Source: Clostridia bacterium (GTDB taxonomy: Bacteria > Bacillota > Clostridia > Oscillospirales > Butyricicoccaceae). From it: DNA of 64,000 nucleotides. Position 1 is the first letter of the stretch. Every line of letters begins with the position of its first letter. Below are positions 7,514 to 16,174 of the stretch, one piece after another. The notes under the pieces were generated by a model, which was not told where the DNA came from, ran no database searches, and was given only the letters and a program-made list of their open reading frames with translations. The stretch is from contig JAQXOO010000033.1 in the NCBI GenBank assembly GCA_029099685.1, positions 6,623-70,622 of the forward strand. The letters run 5' to 3'. The position numbers and the translations under genes were made by a program.

Positions 7514-10162
7514 TTACAGACCGATCCGGCCCAGGAAGCTGCCCAGCGCTTCTTCGAATTCAGGACCCTCGAAGCAGTAGCGCATTTTGGTGAAGCCGGC
7601 CCGCAGCCGCTCCACATCCTGGCTGACATCCCTGGCCCGCAGGATGCAGTCGGCCATCAGCTGAGCGAGCTTGGCGAACTCCTCCTTGCCGAAGCCGAAG
7701 CGGGTCATCTCGCTGACGCCCATGCGCAGGGCGCCGGAGGCGGTGAAGGCCTCCTCGTCGGGGGTAGCCTGATAGTTGACGATGATGTTGTTTTCCTCCA
7801 GGCGCTCGGCCACGTCGGGGCCGCAGCCGTAGCCCACGGAAACGATGACCTGGTGGGTCTCGGTATAATCAATGGCGGGATCGCCCTGGACATCCAGGCC
7901 CTCGGCCTTCAGGCACTTGGCGAAGTGCTTGGCGTTTTCGACAACAGCCTTCTGGTATTCGTCCTTGAAGGTGTTCATCTCATAGGCGGCCATCAGCAGG
8001 CCCAGCTGGGTGCCCAGATGGTGGTTGGACACGCTTCCGGGGAAAGCGCGGCTCTCGATGGTCTTCCACAGGCCGTATTTCAGCTCGTCCTTCTGATAGT
8101 TGACGGCGATGACGCCCCGCTGAGGACCGAAGAAGGTCTTGTGGGTGGAGCCGGTGACGATCTCGGCGCCCTCCTCAAAGGGTTTCTGGAAATAATTGCC
8201 CACCAGGCCCAAAACATGGGCCATATCGTACATGATGGTGGTGTTGATGCCTTGCTCGTCCACAAACTTGCGGATGGCGGCCACAGGCTCCTTGTGCAGC
8301 ACCATGGACTTGCCGAAGATGATGAACTCGGGCTTGTAAGCGTCGATGACCTTCTTGGTGGCCTCCACGTCGATCTTGTAGATATTGTCCTCGCACACGG
8401 GGAAGTTGACCACGGCAGAGCGCTCGGTGACCGGATCCACGGCCACATAGTCGTGGAGCGCGCCCATGGGCTGCGCGGACAGGTGGCCGCCCTTCAGGAT
8501 GTGGTTGTTCAGAATGTAGCCCAGACGCTGGGGGGTCTGCTTGCGGTTGAGCCGGTTCTTCCAGTCCATCAGGGAGGAGAACACGGCCATGTTGGACATC
8601 TGGCCGGAGATGACGCGGGTCTCCACCTCGGTGCAGCCGAAATACTGCTTCATCTGCTCCACCAGCAGCTGTTCCACCTTGTCGATGAACTTGGTGCCGT
8701 TGTAATAGAAAACCTCCTGGTTGTAGAAGGAGCTGACCTTTTTGTGCTCGGCATAGCGGAAGGCGGGATCGGAGGCGCACAGCAGCTGAACGGCCCGGCT
8801 GGCGCTGTTTTCCGAGGGGATCAGGTTGATGCAGTGCTTCTGACGCCACTGATGGTTGTCGGCAGCCTCGTTGATCAGGTTCAGCGCGGCAGAGCGGCGG
8901 TCACCGGCGGCCTCGGTTTTCTTTTCCTCAGGCTCCTTCCAGATGATGGGACGGGCAAAGGGCGGCGCGTCCACCCGCATATGGTAGTGGGGGATGACGG
9001 CCTTCAGCCGCTTGCCCCGGACGTCCACCTCCACATGATCCTCACGCTGGATGGGGGAGTACAGGTAAGCCAGACCGATGGAGCGCTTGGCGGAGGTGTC
9101 CAGAATTTTGGTGGACAGGCCGGTGCCCTCGTGCTGGAAATAGGGCACCATGGTGCCGGAGGTGATCCAGCCCACTTCCTGCCCGTTCTGATAGACCGTC
9201 ATGCCGGCGCGGATAACGCCCCGGTCCACCAGGCAGATGGGCATGATGCGCTTGGGTAGCGCCTCGATATCGCTGAAATCATGGTTGCGGATGCGCTTGT
9301 AGGCGGCGGACTGGATCTCCAGCGCCTTGCGGCCCACAAAGTCGCCCTTCTGCTCGGAAAAGCTGACGGCGAACTTGGCCAGGGGTACGGCAAAGATGGG
9401 GATCTCCTTGCCGCTGGGATCGGTGCCCATCTCGTGCCCGTACAGGGGCAGGGCAGCTTCCAGACGCAGGGTGTCCCGGGCGCCCAGGCCGGCGGGCTTG
9501 GCGCCCAGCTCCACCAGGCGGTTCCACAGCCAGGCGGCGTCCCCGCTCTTTACATAGACCTCATAGCCCAGCGGCTCGCCGGTGTAGCCGGTCTTGGCCA
9601 CGCGGGCCGGATGGCCTTCCAGTTCCAGCGTGTTCAGGGCGTTTTTCACCGGCTCGGTGAGGGCCTTTCCGCCGGAGAGCACCTCCAGCATCTGGCGGCT
9701 CTTGGGACCCTGGACGGCGATGGCCGCCCAATCCTTGGTGATGTCGGTGATCTTCACATCGTACTTTTCCGCCAGGGGCAGCAGATGGGCCAGATCCTTT
9801 TCGGTGTTGGCGGCGTTGACCACCAGCAGATAATTGTCCTCCTCAAACCGGTAGAGGTAGGCGTCGTCCACGGCGCCGCCGTTTTCATTGGGGATGATGC
9901 AGTACTGGGCGGTGTTCAGATCCAGCGCCAGCACGTTGCTGGACAGCACATACTGCAGGAAAGCCACGCGCTCCGGTCCTTCGATCAGCAGACGGCCCAT
10001 GTGGGACACGTCAAACAGGCTGCAGCAGCTGCGGGTGTAAAGATGCTCGGCCACGATGCCGGTGGGATACTGCACCGGCATTTCCCAGCCGCCGAAATCC
10101 ACCATGGAGGCCCCTGCGGCCACATGGATGTCGTAAAGCTGGGTGCGCTTCAATTCACTCAT
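7514..10162 (-). CDS. gcvT: fusion protein: aminomethyltransferase (GcvT) plus a divergent serine hydroxymethyltransferase-like PLP domain
   Basis: ORF 7514..10219 trimmed to MSELKRTQLYD (ATG 10162, RBS GGGAGGAG). Residues 1 to about 405 are T protein (FDVSHMGRL, GYTGEPLGYEVY, LGARDTLRLEAALPLYGHEMG). A charged linker KEPEEKKTEAAGDRRS follows. Residues from about 430 to 882 are SHMT-like (INLIPSENSAS, DMAHVLGLVG, GSTHKTFFGPQRG). There is no stop at the junction. Confidence 0.85.
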   Translation of the reverse strand: MSELKRTQLYDIHVAAGASMVDFGGWEMPVQYPTGIVAEHLYTRSCCSLFDVSHMGRLLIEGPERVAFLQYVLSSNVLALDLNTAQYCIIPNENGGAVDDAYLYRFEEDNYLLVVNAANTEKDLAHLLPLAEKYDVKITDITKDWAAIAVQGPKSRQMLEVLSGGKALTEPVKNALNTLELEGHPARVAKTGYTGEPLGYEVYVKSGDAAWLWNRLVELGAKPAGLGARDTLRLEAALPLYGHEMGTDPSGKEIPIFAVPLAKFAVSFSEQKGDFVGRKALEIQSAAYKRIRNHDFSDIEALPKRIMPICLVDRGVIRAGMTVYQNGQEVGWITSGTMVPYFQHEGTGLSTKILDTSAKRSIGLAYLYSPIQREDHVEVDVRGKRLKAVIPHYHMRVDAPPFARPIIWKEPEEKKTEAAGDRRSAALNLINEAADNHQWRQKHCINLIPSENSASRAVQLLCASDPAFRYAEHKKVSSFYNQEVFYYNGTKFIDKVEQLLVEQMKQYFGCTEVETRVISGQMSNMAVFSSLMDWKNRLNRKQTPQRLGYILNNHILKGGHLSAQPMGALHDYVAVDPVTERSAVVNFPVCEDNIYKIDVEATKKVIDAYKPEFIIFGKSMVLHKEPVAAIRKFVDEQGINTTIMYDMAHVLGLVGNYFQKPFEEGAEIVTGSTHKTFFGPQRGVIAVNYQKDELKYGLWKTIESRAFPGSVSNHHLGTQLGLLMAAYEMNTFKDEYQKAVVENAKHFAKCLKAEGLDVQGDPAIDYTETHQVIVSVGYGCGPDVAERLEENNIIVNYQATPDEEAFTASGALRMGVSEMTRFGFGKEEFAKLAQLMADCILRARDVSQDVERLRAGFTKMRYCFEGPEFEEALGSFLGRIGL

Positions 10163-10202
10163 GTTTTCTCCTCCCGTTACAATCATTGATTTACAATCAA
10201 AC

Positions 10203-10241
10203 AAAAAGGCACAAAGCACCCTGTGGCAGGCGCTTTGTGCC
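10203..10241 (-). terminator. intrinsic terminator forming the expression platform of the glycine riboswitch
   Basis: Minus-strand GGCACAAAGC, a 14-nt loop, GCTTTGTGCC, then TTTTT. It lies between aptamer 2 and the gcvT RBS. Confidence 0.7.
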
Positions 10242-10408
10242 TCTGTTTCGAACCTGAGAGATTCCCCGGGGATGTGCGCCGGGTTGCACCGTCGGCGTAT
10301 CCGCCTGAGCAGGCGGATACTTTACAGAGTTTCGTCCCGATCCGGTCCTTTTGCCTGAGAGCTTCTGCATTCTCCTTCGGCGCCGCTGAGCGGACTCTCC
10401 CGAATCGA
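10242..10408 (-). promoter_or_regulatory. tandem glycine riboswitch (two aptamers)
   Basis: Minus-strand aptamer 1: GGGAGAGUCC..GCGCCGAAGGAG..CUCUCAGGCAAAAGGACCGG. Aptamer 2: CUCUGUAAAG..ACGCCGACGGUGCAA..CUCUCAGGUUCGAAACAGAG. Both follow the GGAGAG / CACCGAAGG / CUCAGG consensus, upstream of a gcv operon. Confidence 0.85.
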
Positions 10409-10463
10409 TCATCCGAAATTATTTGATTTTTCAATGAAAAGCGATTATAGAATTCTCAACTAA

Positions 10464-10492
10464 ATCATAACGGCATTTTCCGCCTGCGTCAA
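10464..10492 (-). promoter_or_regulatory. sigma-A-type promoter for the riboswitch-gcv operon
   Basis: Minus-strand TTGACG (10492-10487), a 17-nt spacer, and TATGAT (10469-10464). Confidence 0.5.
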
Positions 10493-10555
10493 GGATCATC
10501 GATAATTAGGGGCATACGCCTTTGTCATCGGTTTTTGCGGCGGTCCCCCGGCCGT

Positions 10556-10592
10556 GAGAAACAAACAGCGCGGAGGCGTAAAGCCTCCGCGC
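10556..10592 (-). terminator. intrinsic terminator downstream of the M56 sensor-protease gene
   Basis: GCGCGGAGGC / GCCTCCGCGC perfect 10-bp stem (10568-10577 / 10583-10592), followed on the minus strand by TGTTTGTTTCTC. Confidence 0.6.
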
Positions 10593-10668
10593 CGGGCGGA
10601 AACAGCCCCGCAGGGCCGCGGATGCCTTCCGGCAGGACGCGCCTGCCGGGGACAGCCGGTATGACATT

Positions 10669-12528
10669 TTACGAATTGTCGGTGTCTCCGACCACAAACC
10701 GGAACTCCGCATGGAAACGTTCTCCGTTGCTGCCCCGGAAAGTCCCGCAGACCCGGTAATGAGCCGGGCAGTCCGGCAGCTGGATCACCCATGGGCCCTC
10801 TGATGCCGCAAAAGTCACCGTATCGTTTACGGTATGCTCCGGGTTGGTGATCTCCACCGTAAACGACCCCTCCGGCGGGCAGGAGAAGGAAAGGGTGGCT
10901 TCGCAGGGCCCGTAGCCCCAGATACCGTTGATTTCTTCTTCGGAGAGGCCGGACGAATACAGCAGCTGCTCCACGTTGTGCTCCGTTACAGACAGACGGT
11001 CCAGCGTTGCGGAGATACCCCTGCCGTAGGGCTCTCCCGCCCGGTTCAGATGGACGTTCATGGCGGGAGAGGCCAGAATGATCGCGTCCAGACAGTCCCA
11101 GCCGGCGCCCCGGGGCAGGTAATAGGAAGATGGGGAGGGCGTTTCTCCGTACAGCGGTACAAGCTTCAGAACGTTGTCTGAAAGGAGAGCGCCCAATGTG
11201 CCCTGAGGGGTGTCAAACAGAAAGGTGAACTGCCTGCCGTTTCCGGAAAAGGAGTAGTTGCCCGCCAGAATATCTGTCTCCAGTCCGGCGAGATACGCTT
11301 TGAACGCATCTTCGTCTGTGCAGATATAGGTCGTGTGGAACGCATCGTTTTGCTGTGAGATGCTGCGCAGCTGAAAGAGGCTGTGGTCCTGGTGCCGGAA
11401 CAGCACGTCTTCACCGGTGCTGCCGCCATAGGAAAGGGTCACATAGCCTCCCGTCATGCACAGCGCAAAGAAGACCAGGCCGATGACCAGCGCGCCGGAA
11501 TGCCGCCTGGGTGGCTTTACGATGGCCCGCATCCGGTACCGCATGGCCGCCGCCCCGGCGGACAGGCAGGTAGTAAAGCCCCGTTCATCCCCGGCGGCAT
11601 CCAGCAGCAGGCCGGCATACTGCCGCCGTGTGTCCCCGTCGGCATCCAGAAGCACGGTCTCGTCGCAGCTCAGCTCCAGATCATCCGCGCTTTTGCGCAT
11701 GGCGATCCACATCAGGGGGTTGAACCAGCACATAGCGGTGCAGAACATCAGAAAAAACTTGGAGGAGCTGTCTTCCCGGCCTATGTGGATCAGCTCATGG
11801 CGAAAAATCAGCCGCAGCTCCTCCGGGGAATAGGGCCGCTCCGGCAGGACCACCCGCAGGGACCGGCGGAACAGGCCGATGGTCAGGGGCGACGACACCT
11901 TTGCCGAGACCACCAGCCGGAACTTTGGCTTTTTCATCCCGGCCGCCCGGACCTCCTGCCGCCACAGCTCCAGCACGGCCGGGTCGGTTACGGCATAAGC
12001 CCCCGCAAGGACCTGCTTCCGGAACCGCAGGTGGGAGACGGTTTTCCAGAGCAGTACAGCTGTAAATCCCGTGAGCCAGATCCCGGACAGCACCCGGACC
12101 CAGCCGCCGGACAGGCGGAGCACCGCCAGCGGCTCCGGCACCGCCATATAGCTTTGCATGGTGATGTACAGATAGTTGGGGATCATCCAAAGCATCGCGC
12201 AGGCCCGGGCGCTGATATGCCTTCTGAAAAAGGGGAGCGCAAGCATCAGTACGGCATAATACAGGCTGATGTGCAGAAAAATGCCAAAGCACATGGAAAG
12301 AGTCATCTGCACCGTGAGAGCCGTTCCTTCAAAAACCACCCCCAAAACCAGCAGGGCCAGAAGACAGCCCGGCAGCAGCATTCCGGGGATGAGGGGCGAA
12401 TAGCGCTGCTTTTCTTCCGGAGGTCTTTCGGGGCCGTTTTCCTTTTCGTGGTTTGAAAACACGGCATATGCCAGGATAAGACTGAAGACAGCCGAGAAAA
12501 ACCCTTTGATGATAAGATCGCTGCTCAT
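10669..12528 (-). CDS. BlaR1/MecR1-type M56 family membrane metalloprotease with a non-PBP C-terminal extracytoplasmic domain
   Basis: 619 aa, multi-TM N-terminus, and the zinc motif RHELIHIGREDS with a downstream FNPLMW, typical of M56. ATGA overlap with the blaI-like gene. The last roughly 265 aa show no SxxK/penicillin-binding motifs. Confidence 0.8.
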   Translation of the reverse strand: MSSDLIIKGFFSAVFSLILAYAVFSNHEKENGPERPPEEKQRYSPLIPGMLLPGCLLALLVLGVVFEGTALTVQMTLSMCFGIFLHISLYYAVLMLALPFFRRHISARACAMLWMIPNYLYITMQSYMAVPEPLAVLRLSGGWVRVLSGIWLTGFTAVLLWKTVSHLRFRKQVLAGAYAVTDPAVLELWRQEVRAAGMKKPKFRLVVSAKVSSPLTIGLFRRSLRVVLPERPYSPEELRLIFRHELIHIGREDSSSKFFLMFCTAMCWFNPLMWIAMRKSADDLELSCDETVLLDADGDTRRQYAGLLLDAAGDERGFTTCLSAGAAAMRYRMRAIVKPPRRHSGALVIGLVFFALCMTGGYVTLSYGGSTGEDVLFRHQDHSLFQLRSISQQNDAFHTTYICTDEDAFKAYLAGLETDILAGNYSFSGNGRQFTFLFDTPQGTLGALLSDNVLKLVPLYGETPSPSSYYLPRGAGWDCLDAIILASPAMNVHLNRAGEPYGRGISATLDRLSVTEHNVEQLLYSSGLSEEEINGIWGYGPCEATLSFSCPPEGSFTVEITNPEHTVNDTVTFAASEGPWVIQLPDCPAHYRVCGTFRGSNGERFHAEFRFVVGDTDNS

Positions 12529-12908
12529 AAATTGCCACCGTCCAACAGGTCACGAAGCTCCGCGATCTCTTCTTTTGTCAAGCCGCTGCTGCACAGCGCC
12601 GTGGCAAAGGTGGACAGGCTGCCGCCGCAGAGTTTGTCCAAAAACCGCCTGCTTTGGTCCGCCAGATAGTCCTCCTGCGTCACAAGGGGGCTATACTGGG
12701 CGCTGCGGCCGACCTTTTCGATCCGGATGAAGCCCTTTTCCGCCAGACGTGACAGCAGGGTCAGCAGAGTTGTCAGGGCCATGGGATGGGTCTTTTTCAA
12801 GATTTCCTCTATTTCCGCGCGGGCCACCGGCGGCGTACAGGCCCAGACTGCCTGCATCACCTCCAGCTCCGCGTCCGGCAGTCTGCGGATGGACGAACGC
12901 ATAGGCAT
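12525..12908 (-). CDS. BlaI/MecI/CopY family winged-helix transcriptional repressor
   Basis: 127 aa. LPDAELEVMQAVW...ALTTLLTLLSRLAEKGFI...GRSAQYSPLV matches the family layout. There is no C-terminal CxCxxxxCxC copper motif. Confidence 0.85.
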   Translation of the reverse strand: MPMRSSIRRLPDAELEVMQAVWACTPPVARAEIEEILKKTHPMALTTLLTLLSRLAEKGFIRIEKVGRSAQYSPLVTQEDYLADQSRRFLDKLCGGSLSTFATALCSSGLTKEEIAELRDLLDGGNL

Positions 12909-12914
12909 CCTCCT

Positions 12915-12926
12915 CTACAATTGTAG
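12915..12926. promoter_or_regulatory. BlaI/CopY-type operator (proximal), CTACAATTGTAG
   Basis: Perfect 12-bp palindrome containing TACA-N2-TGTA. It lies immediately upstream of the blaI-like RBS. Confidence 0.6.
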
Positions 12927-12937
12927 TATTTGATTTT

Positions 12938-12966
12938 ATTCTACACTTGTAGAGAAAAAATGTCAA
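12938..12966 (-). promoter_or_regulatory. sigma-A-type promoter of the blaI-blaR1-like operon
   Basis: Minus-strand TTGACA (12966-12961), a 17-nt spacer, and TAGAAT (12943-12938). Confidence 0.65.
12941..12952. promoter_or_regulatory. BlaI/CopY-type operator (distal), CTACACTTGTAG
   Basis: Second TACA-N2-TGTA box, 26 bp from the first. It overlaps the -10 element and spacer of the predicted promoter. Confidence 0.6.
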
Positions 12967-13013
12967 TGGGCCAGAGAAAAAGAAAAGACTGCCCCCGGCA
13001 ATACTCCCGGGAC

Positions 13014-13050
13014 AAAAAAACGGCGGACCGTCTGTGAGACGATCCGCCGG
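13014..13050 (-). terminator. intrinsic terminator of guaA
   Basis: Minus-strand CCGGCGGATCGT, loop, GACGGTCCGCCG, followed by T7. Confidence 0.75.
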
Positions 13051-13076
13051 CAAGAATGTCAAATGCTGGTTTGCTC

Positions 13077-14615
13077 TTATTCCCATTCCACCGTTGCCGG
13101 GGGCTTGGAGGTGATATCATACACGACGCGGTTGATGTGCTTGACCTCGTTGACGATGCGGCTGGAGACCCGCTCCAGCACATCATAGGGGATGCGGGAC
13201 CAGTTTGCGGTCATGAAATCCTGGGTCTCCACAGCCCGGAGGGCAAGGGTGTAATCATAGGTGCGGCCGTCGCCCATGACGCCCACCGAGCGCAGGTCGG
13301 TGAGTACGGCGAAGTATTGATTGATGGACCGGTCCAGACCGGCGTTTGCGACCTCCTCCCGGAAGATGGCATCGGCATCCCGGAGGATGGCCAGCTTTTC
13401 CTCGGTGATATCCCCGATGACGCGCACCGCCAGGCCGGGACCGGGGAAGGGCTGCCGCCAGACCAGGCTTTCAGGCAGGCCCAGCTCGATGCCCAGCTGC
13501 CGGACCTCGTCCTTGAACAGGCGGCGCAGAGGCTCGATGATCTCCCGGAACTGCACGTGGTCAGGCAGGCCGCCCACATTGTGATGGCTCTTGATGACCA
13601 CCGACTCGCCGCCTACGCCGCTTTCCACCACATCGGGGTAGATGGTGCCCTGGACCAGGAAATCCACCCGGCCCAGCTTGCGGGATTCATCCTCAAAAAC
13701 ACGGATGAACTCCTCGCCGATGATCTTGCGCTTGGTCTCGGGGTCGGTGACGCCGGCCAGCCTGTCCAGAAAGCGCTTCTGGGCGTTGACACGGATGACC
13801 CGGACGCCCAGGACGCCCATGGCCTCCATGACCTGATCGCCCTCGTCCTTGCGCAGCAGGCCGTGGTCCACGAAAATGCAGGTGAGCTGTTCGCCCACCG
13901 CCCGGTGCAGCAGGACCGCCGCCACAGAGCTGTCCACGCCGCCGCTGAGGGCCAGCAGCACCTTTCCGCCGCCGACCTTGGCCCGGCATTCCTCGATGGC
14001 CTCCTGGGAGTAGGAGGACATTTTCCACTCATTTTTCAGCCCGCAGATGCCGTACAGGAAGTTTTTCAGCACCTCCATGCCGTGGACCGAGTGCAGCACC
14101 TCGGGGTGGAACTGGACGCCGTACAGCTTTTTCTCCGGGTTTTCGATGGCGGCAGTAGGGCAGTCGGCGGTGACGGCGCAGGCACGGAAGCCCGGCGCCA
14201 GCCGGTCCACCTCCACGCCGTGGCTCATCCAGAACACCGAGGTGGGCTCGATGCCGGCAAACAGGGCGCTTTGTCCGTCGTGAGTGACCTCAGCCTTGCC
14301 ATACTCCCGGGTGCAGGCCATGCGGCAGCTGCCGCCCAGCAGGTGGGTCATCAGCTGCTGGCCGTAGCAGATGCCCAGCACGGGCACGCCCAGCGCAAAC
14401 ATAGCGGGATCGATCATGGGCGCGCCTTCCTCCGACACGGTGGCCGGTCCGCCGGTGAAGATGATGCCGTCGGGAGCAAAGGCGCGGACGGCCTCCAGCG
14501 GGGTGCTCCAGGGCTTGATCTCGCAGTAAACGCCGCATTCGCGCACTCTGCGGGCCACCAGCAGATTATACTGGCCGCCAAAATCCAGGACCAGGACACG
14601 GCTTTGCTTGTTCAT
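13077..14615 (-). CDS. guaA: GMP synthase (glutamine-hydrolysing)
   Basis: 512 aa. GATase domain (GICYGQQLM), ATP-PPase loop LSGGVDSSV, and the invariant C-terminus KPPATVEWE. Confidence 0.95.
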   Translation of the reverse strand: MNKQSRVLVLDFGGQYNLLVARRVRECGVYCEIKPWSTPLEAVRAFAPDGIIFTGGPATVSEEGAPMIDPAMFALGVPVLGICYGQQLMTHLLGGSCRMACTREYGKAEVTHDGQSALFAGIEPTSVFWMSHGVEVDRLAPGFRACAVTADCPTAAIENPEKKLYGVQFHPEVLHSVHGMEVLKNFLYGICGLKNEWKMSSYSQEAIEECRAKVGGGKVLLALSGGVDSSVAAVLLHRAVGEQLTCIFVDHGLLRKDEGDQVMEAMGVLGVRVIRVNAQKRFLDRLAGVTDPETKRKIIGEEFIRVFEDESRKLGRVDFLVQGTIYPDVVESGVGGESVVIKSHHNVGGLPDHVQFREIIEPLRRLFKDEVRQLGIELGLPESLVWRQPFPGPGLAVRVIGDITEEKLAILRDADAIFREEVANAGLDRSINQYFAVLTDLRSVGVMGDGRTYDYTLALRAVETQDFMTANWSRIPYDVLERVSSRIVNEVKHINRVVYDITSKPPATVEWE

Positions 14616-14772
14616 AAAACGACCTGCCTTTTATTAAAAAATTTTGTTTCTTATTTTGCCACTTCCGACAAAAAATAGCAACGGTATTTTGCCAGAATAA
14701 TTGCTTTCTTCCACTGAAAAACTATGTGCAGATTGGATATTCTGCGCATTTTTAATAAGGAGGAACTTGAAG

Positions 14773-16056
14773 ATGGAGAAACTTCGGAAACGAACCGCTG
14801 CGGCGGCGCTGTTCCTGGCCTGCGGGATGCTGCTGGCGGCCTTTACCCCGGCGCGGGCCTGGTTCGGGAGCGGGGAGACCCCCGCCGCCGTGTCTGCTTT
14901 TTCCAAATCGGACGGCCAGGGCCAGCTCATCACCTTTACAAAAGAGGATTTTCTCGCCGGCGTCACCGGCGAGGAAGAACTGAGCGCCATTGTGGTGTCC
15001 GCGCTGCCCTCTGGGGGGACGCTGCGGCTGGCGGGCCGGGACGTGCGGCCCGGCGAGGCCATCGAGGCCGGCCGCCTGGGCGCCTTGTGCTTTGTGCCTC
15101 AGATCGGACGGGATGTGCACACATCCTTTGAATTCTTCCCGGTTTTTTCCCGCAGCGGAGCGGGGGAGACGGCGGTAAAGGTGTCCCTCAACATCAGCGA
15201 TACCCACAACAGCGCCCCCATTGCCGTGGAGCAGACCTTTGAGACCTATGCTGACCTGGCCCTCCACGGGACGCTGAAGGCTGTGGATCCGGACGGTGAT
15301 GCCTGCACCTTTTCCGTGGAACGGCAGGGCAAACGGGGCACAGCGGAGATCGACGGCGCTGATTTCTGCTACACGCCCAACGGAAAATCCGGCGAGGACA
15401 CCTTTACCGTCATCGCCACCGACTGCTTCGGCAACCGCTCCCAGCCTGCGGAGATCTGCGTAAAGGTGGTCAAGCGCGCCCCCCGGGAGACCTTCACCTA
15501 TACGGATATGGGCGACAACCCGGCTCATTACGCAGCCCTGCGCCTGCGGGAGGCAGGGGTGTTTTCCGGTGAGATTTTCGGCAGCGAAGCCTTCTTCTGC
15601 CCGGCACAGACGGTGTCCCGGGCTCAGTTCCTGACCATGGCCGCTGCCATCGCGGACCTGGCGCAGCCTGCCGCCGCCGTGGCCACGGGAATGTCCGATG
15701 ATGACAGCATCCCCGCCTGGTCCCGGGGCTATGTGGCCGCCGGCATCCTGTCCGGCGTGGTAAAGGGCTCTGACGACGGACAGGGCAACCGGGCCTTTCG
15801 GGCGGAACGGGCCATCACCCGGGCCGAGGCGGCCGCCATTCTGGACCGGTGCCTGGCCCTTGCCGACGACGGGCGCCCCATGACCTTTGACGACGCAGGC
15901 TCCGTCCCCGCCTGGTCCGTACAGTCGGTGGTCAACACCACGGCGGCGGGGCTGCTGCCGGTCTATGCCGACAACACCGTACGCCCCTATGACCCTGTCA
16001 CCCGGGAGGAAGCCGCCGTCATGCTCTACGGTATGCTGTGCCGCAAAGGCGGCTGA
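14773..16056 (+). CDS. secreted cell-wall protein with an Ig/cadherin-like domain and three C-terminal SLH repeats
   Basis: ORF 14701..16056 trimmed to MEKLRKRTAAAALFLACGMLLAAFTPARA (signal peptide; RBS AAGGAGGA). It has the pattern DPDGDACTFSV...YTPNGKSGEDTFTVIATD and three SLH-like repeats (FTDMGDNPAHY..., IPAWSRGYVAAG..., VPAWSVQSV...). Confidence 0.7.
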   Translation: MEKLRKRTAAAALFLACGMLLAAFTPARAWFGSGETPAAVSAFSKSDGQGQLITFTKEDFLAGVTGEEELSAIVVSALPSGGTLRLAGRDVRPGEAIEAGRLGALCFVPQIGRDVHTSFEFFPVFSRSGAGETAVKVSLNISDTHNSAPIAVEQTFETYADLALHGTLKAVDPDGDACTFSVERQGKRGTAEIDGADFCYTPNGKSGEDTFTVIATDCFGNRSQPAEICVKVVKRAPRETFTYTDMGDNPAHYAALRLREAGVFSGEIFGSEAFFCPAQTVSRAQFLTMAAAIADLAQPAAAVATGMSDDDSIPAWSRGYVAAGILSGVVKGSDDGQGNRAFRAERAITRAEAAAILDRCLALADDGRPMTFDDAGSVPAWSVQSVVNTTAAGLLPVYADNTVRPYDPVTREEAAVMLYGMLCRKGG

Positions 16057-16174
16057 GGACAGGCGGAGGGCTGCCGCCTTTCGGGGCAGACGGCTCTCCG
16101 CCTGCTTCCGCCCTTTACATCTGCGGGGTGCTGTGCTAAAATCAGGATATCCCAAAACCGAGGAGGATATCATC

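Noticed and set aside
5909-9259. 1116-aa plus-strand ORF opposite gcvPA, gcvH and gcvT-SHMT
   Set aside because: It is a codon-aligned mirror of three minus-strand genes that share one frame: 7051-5911, 7432-5911 and 10162-5911 are all multiples of 3. It has shadow-ORF composition, no RBS and no recognisable domains.
10444-10449. A perfect TATAAT (minus strand) closer to the glycine riboswitch than the promoter I called
   Set aside because: No acceptable -35 or TG extension lies at 16-18 nt upstream (CGTTAT / CCGTTA). The TTGACG-N17-TATGAT element 20 nt further upstream is a better promoter. TSS mapping would decide.
13056-14678. 540-aa plus-strand ORF opposite guaA. Similar cases are 4407..5918 opposite gcvPB, 14752..16335 opposite the SLH gene, 62215..63561 opposite fmt, and 22566..23297 opposite the GNAT gene.
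   Set aside because: All are in the exact mirror frame of a well-supported gene on the other strand, and all show the same low-complexity shadow composition.
14616-14772. Possible purine/guanine riboswitch in the AT-rich 157-bp region upstream of guaA
   Set aside because: I read the minus strand for the conserved purine-riboswitch blocks (UAUAAUC..GGAUAUGGC..GUUUCUACC..CCGUAAAU). None is present, so the region looks like plain divergent promoter DNA. A cmsearch with RF00167 would settle it.
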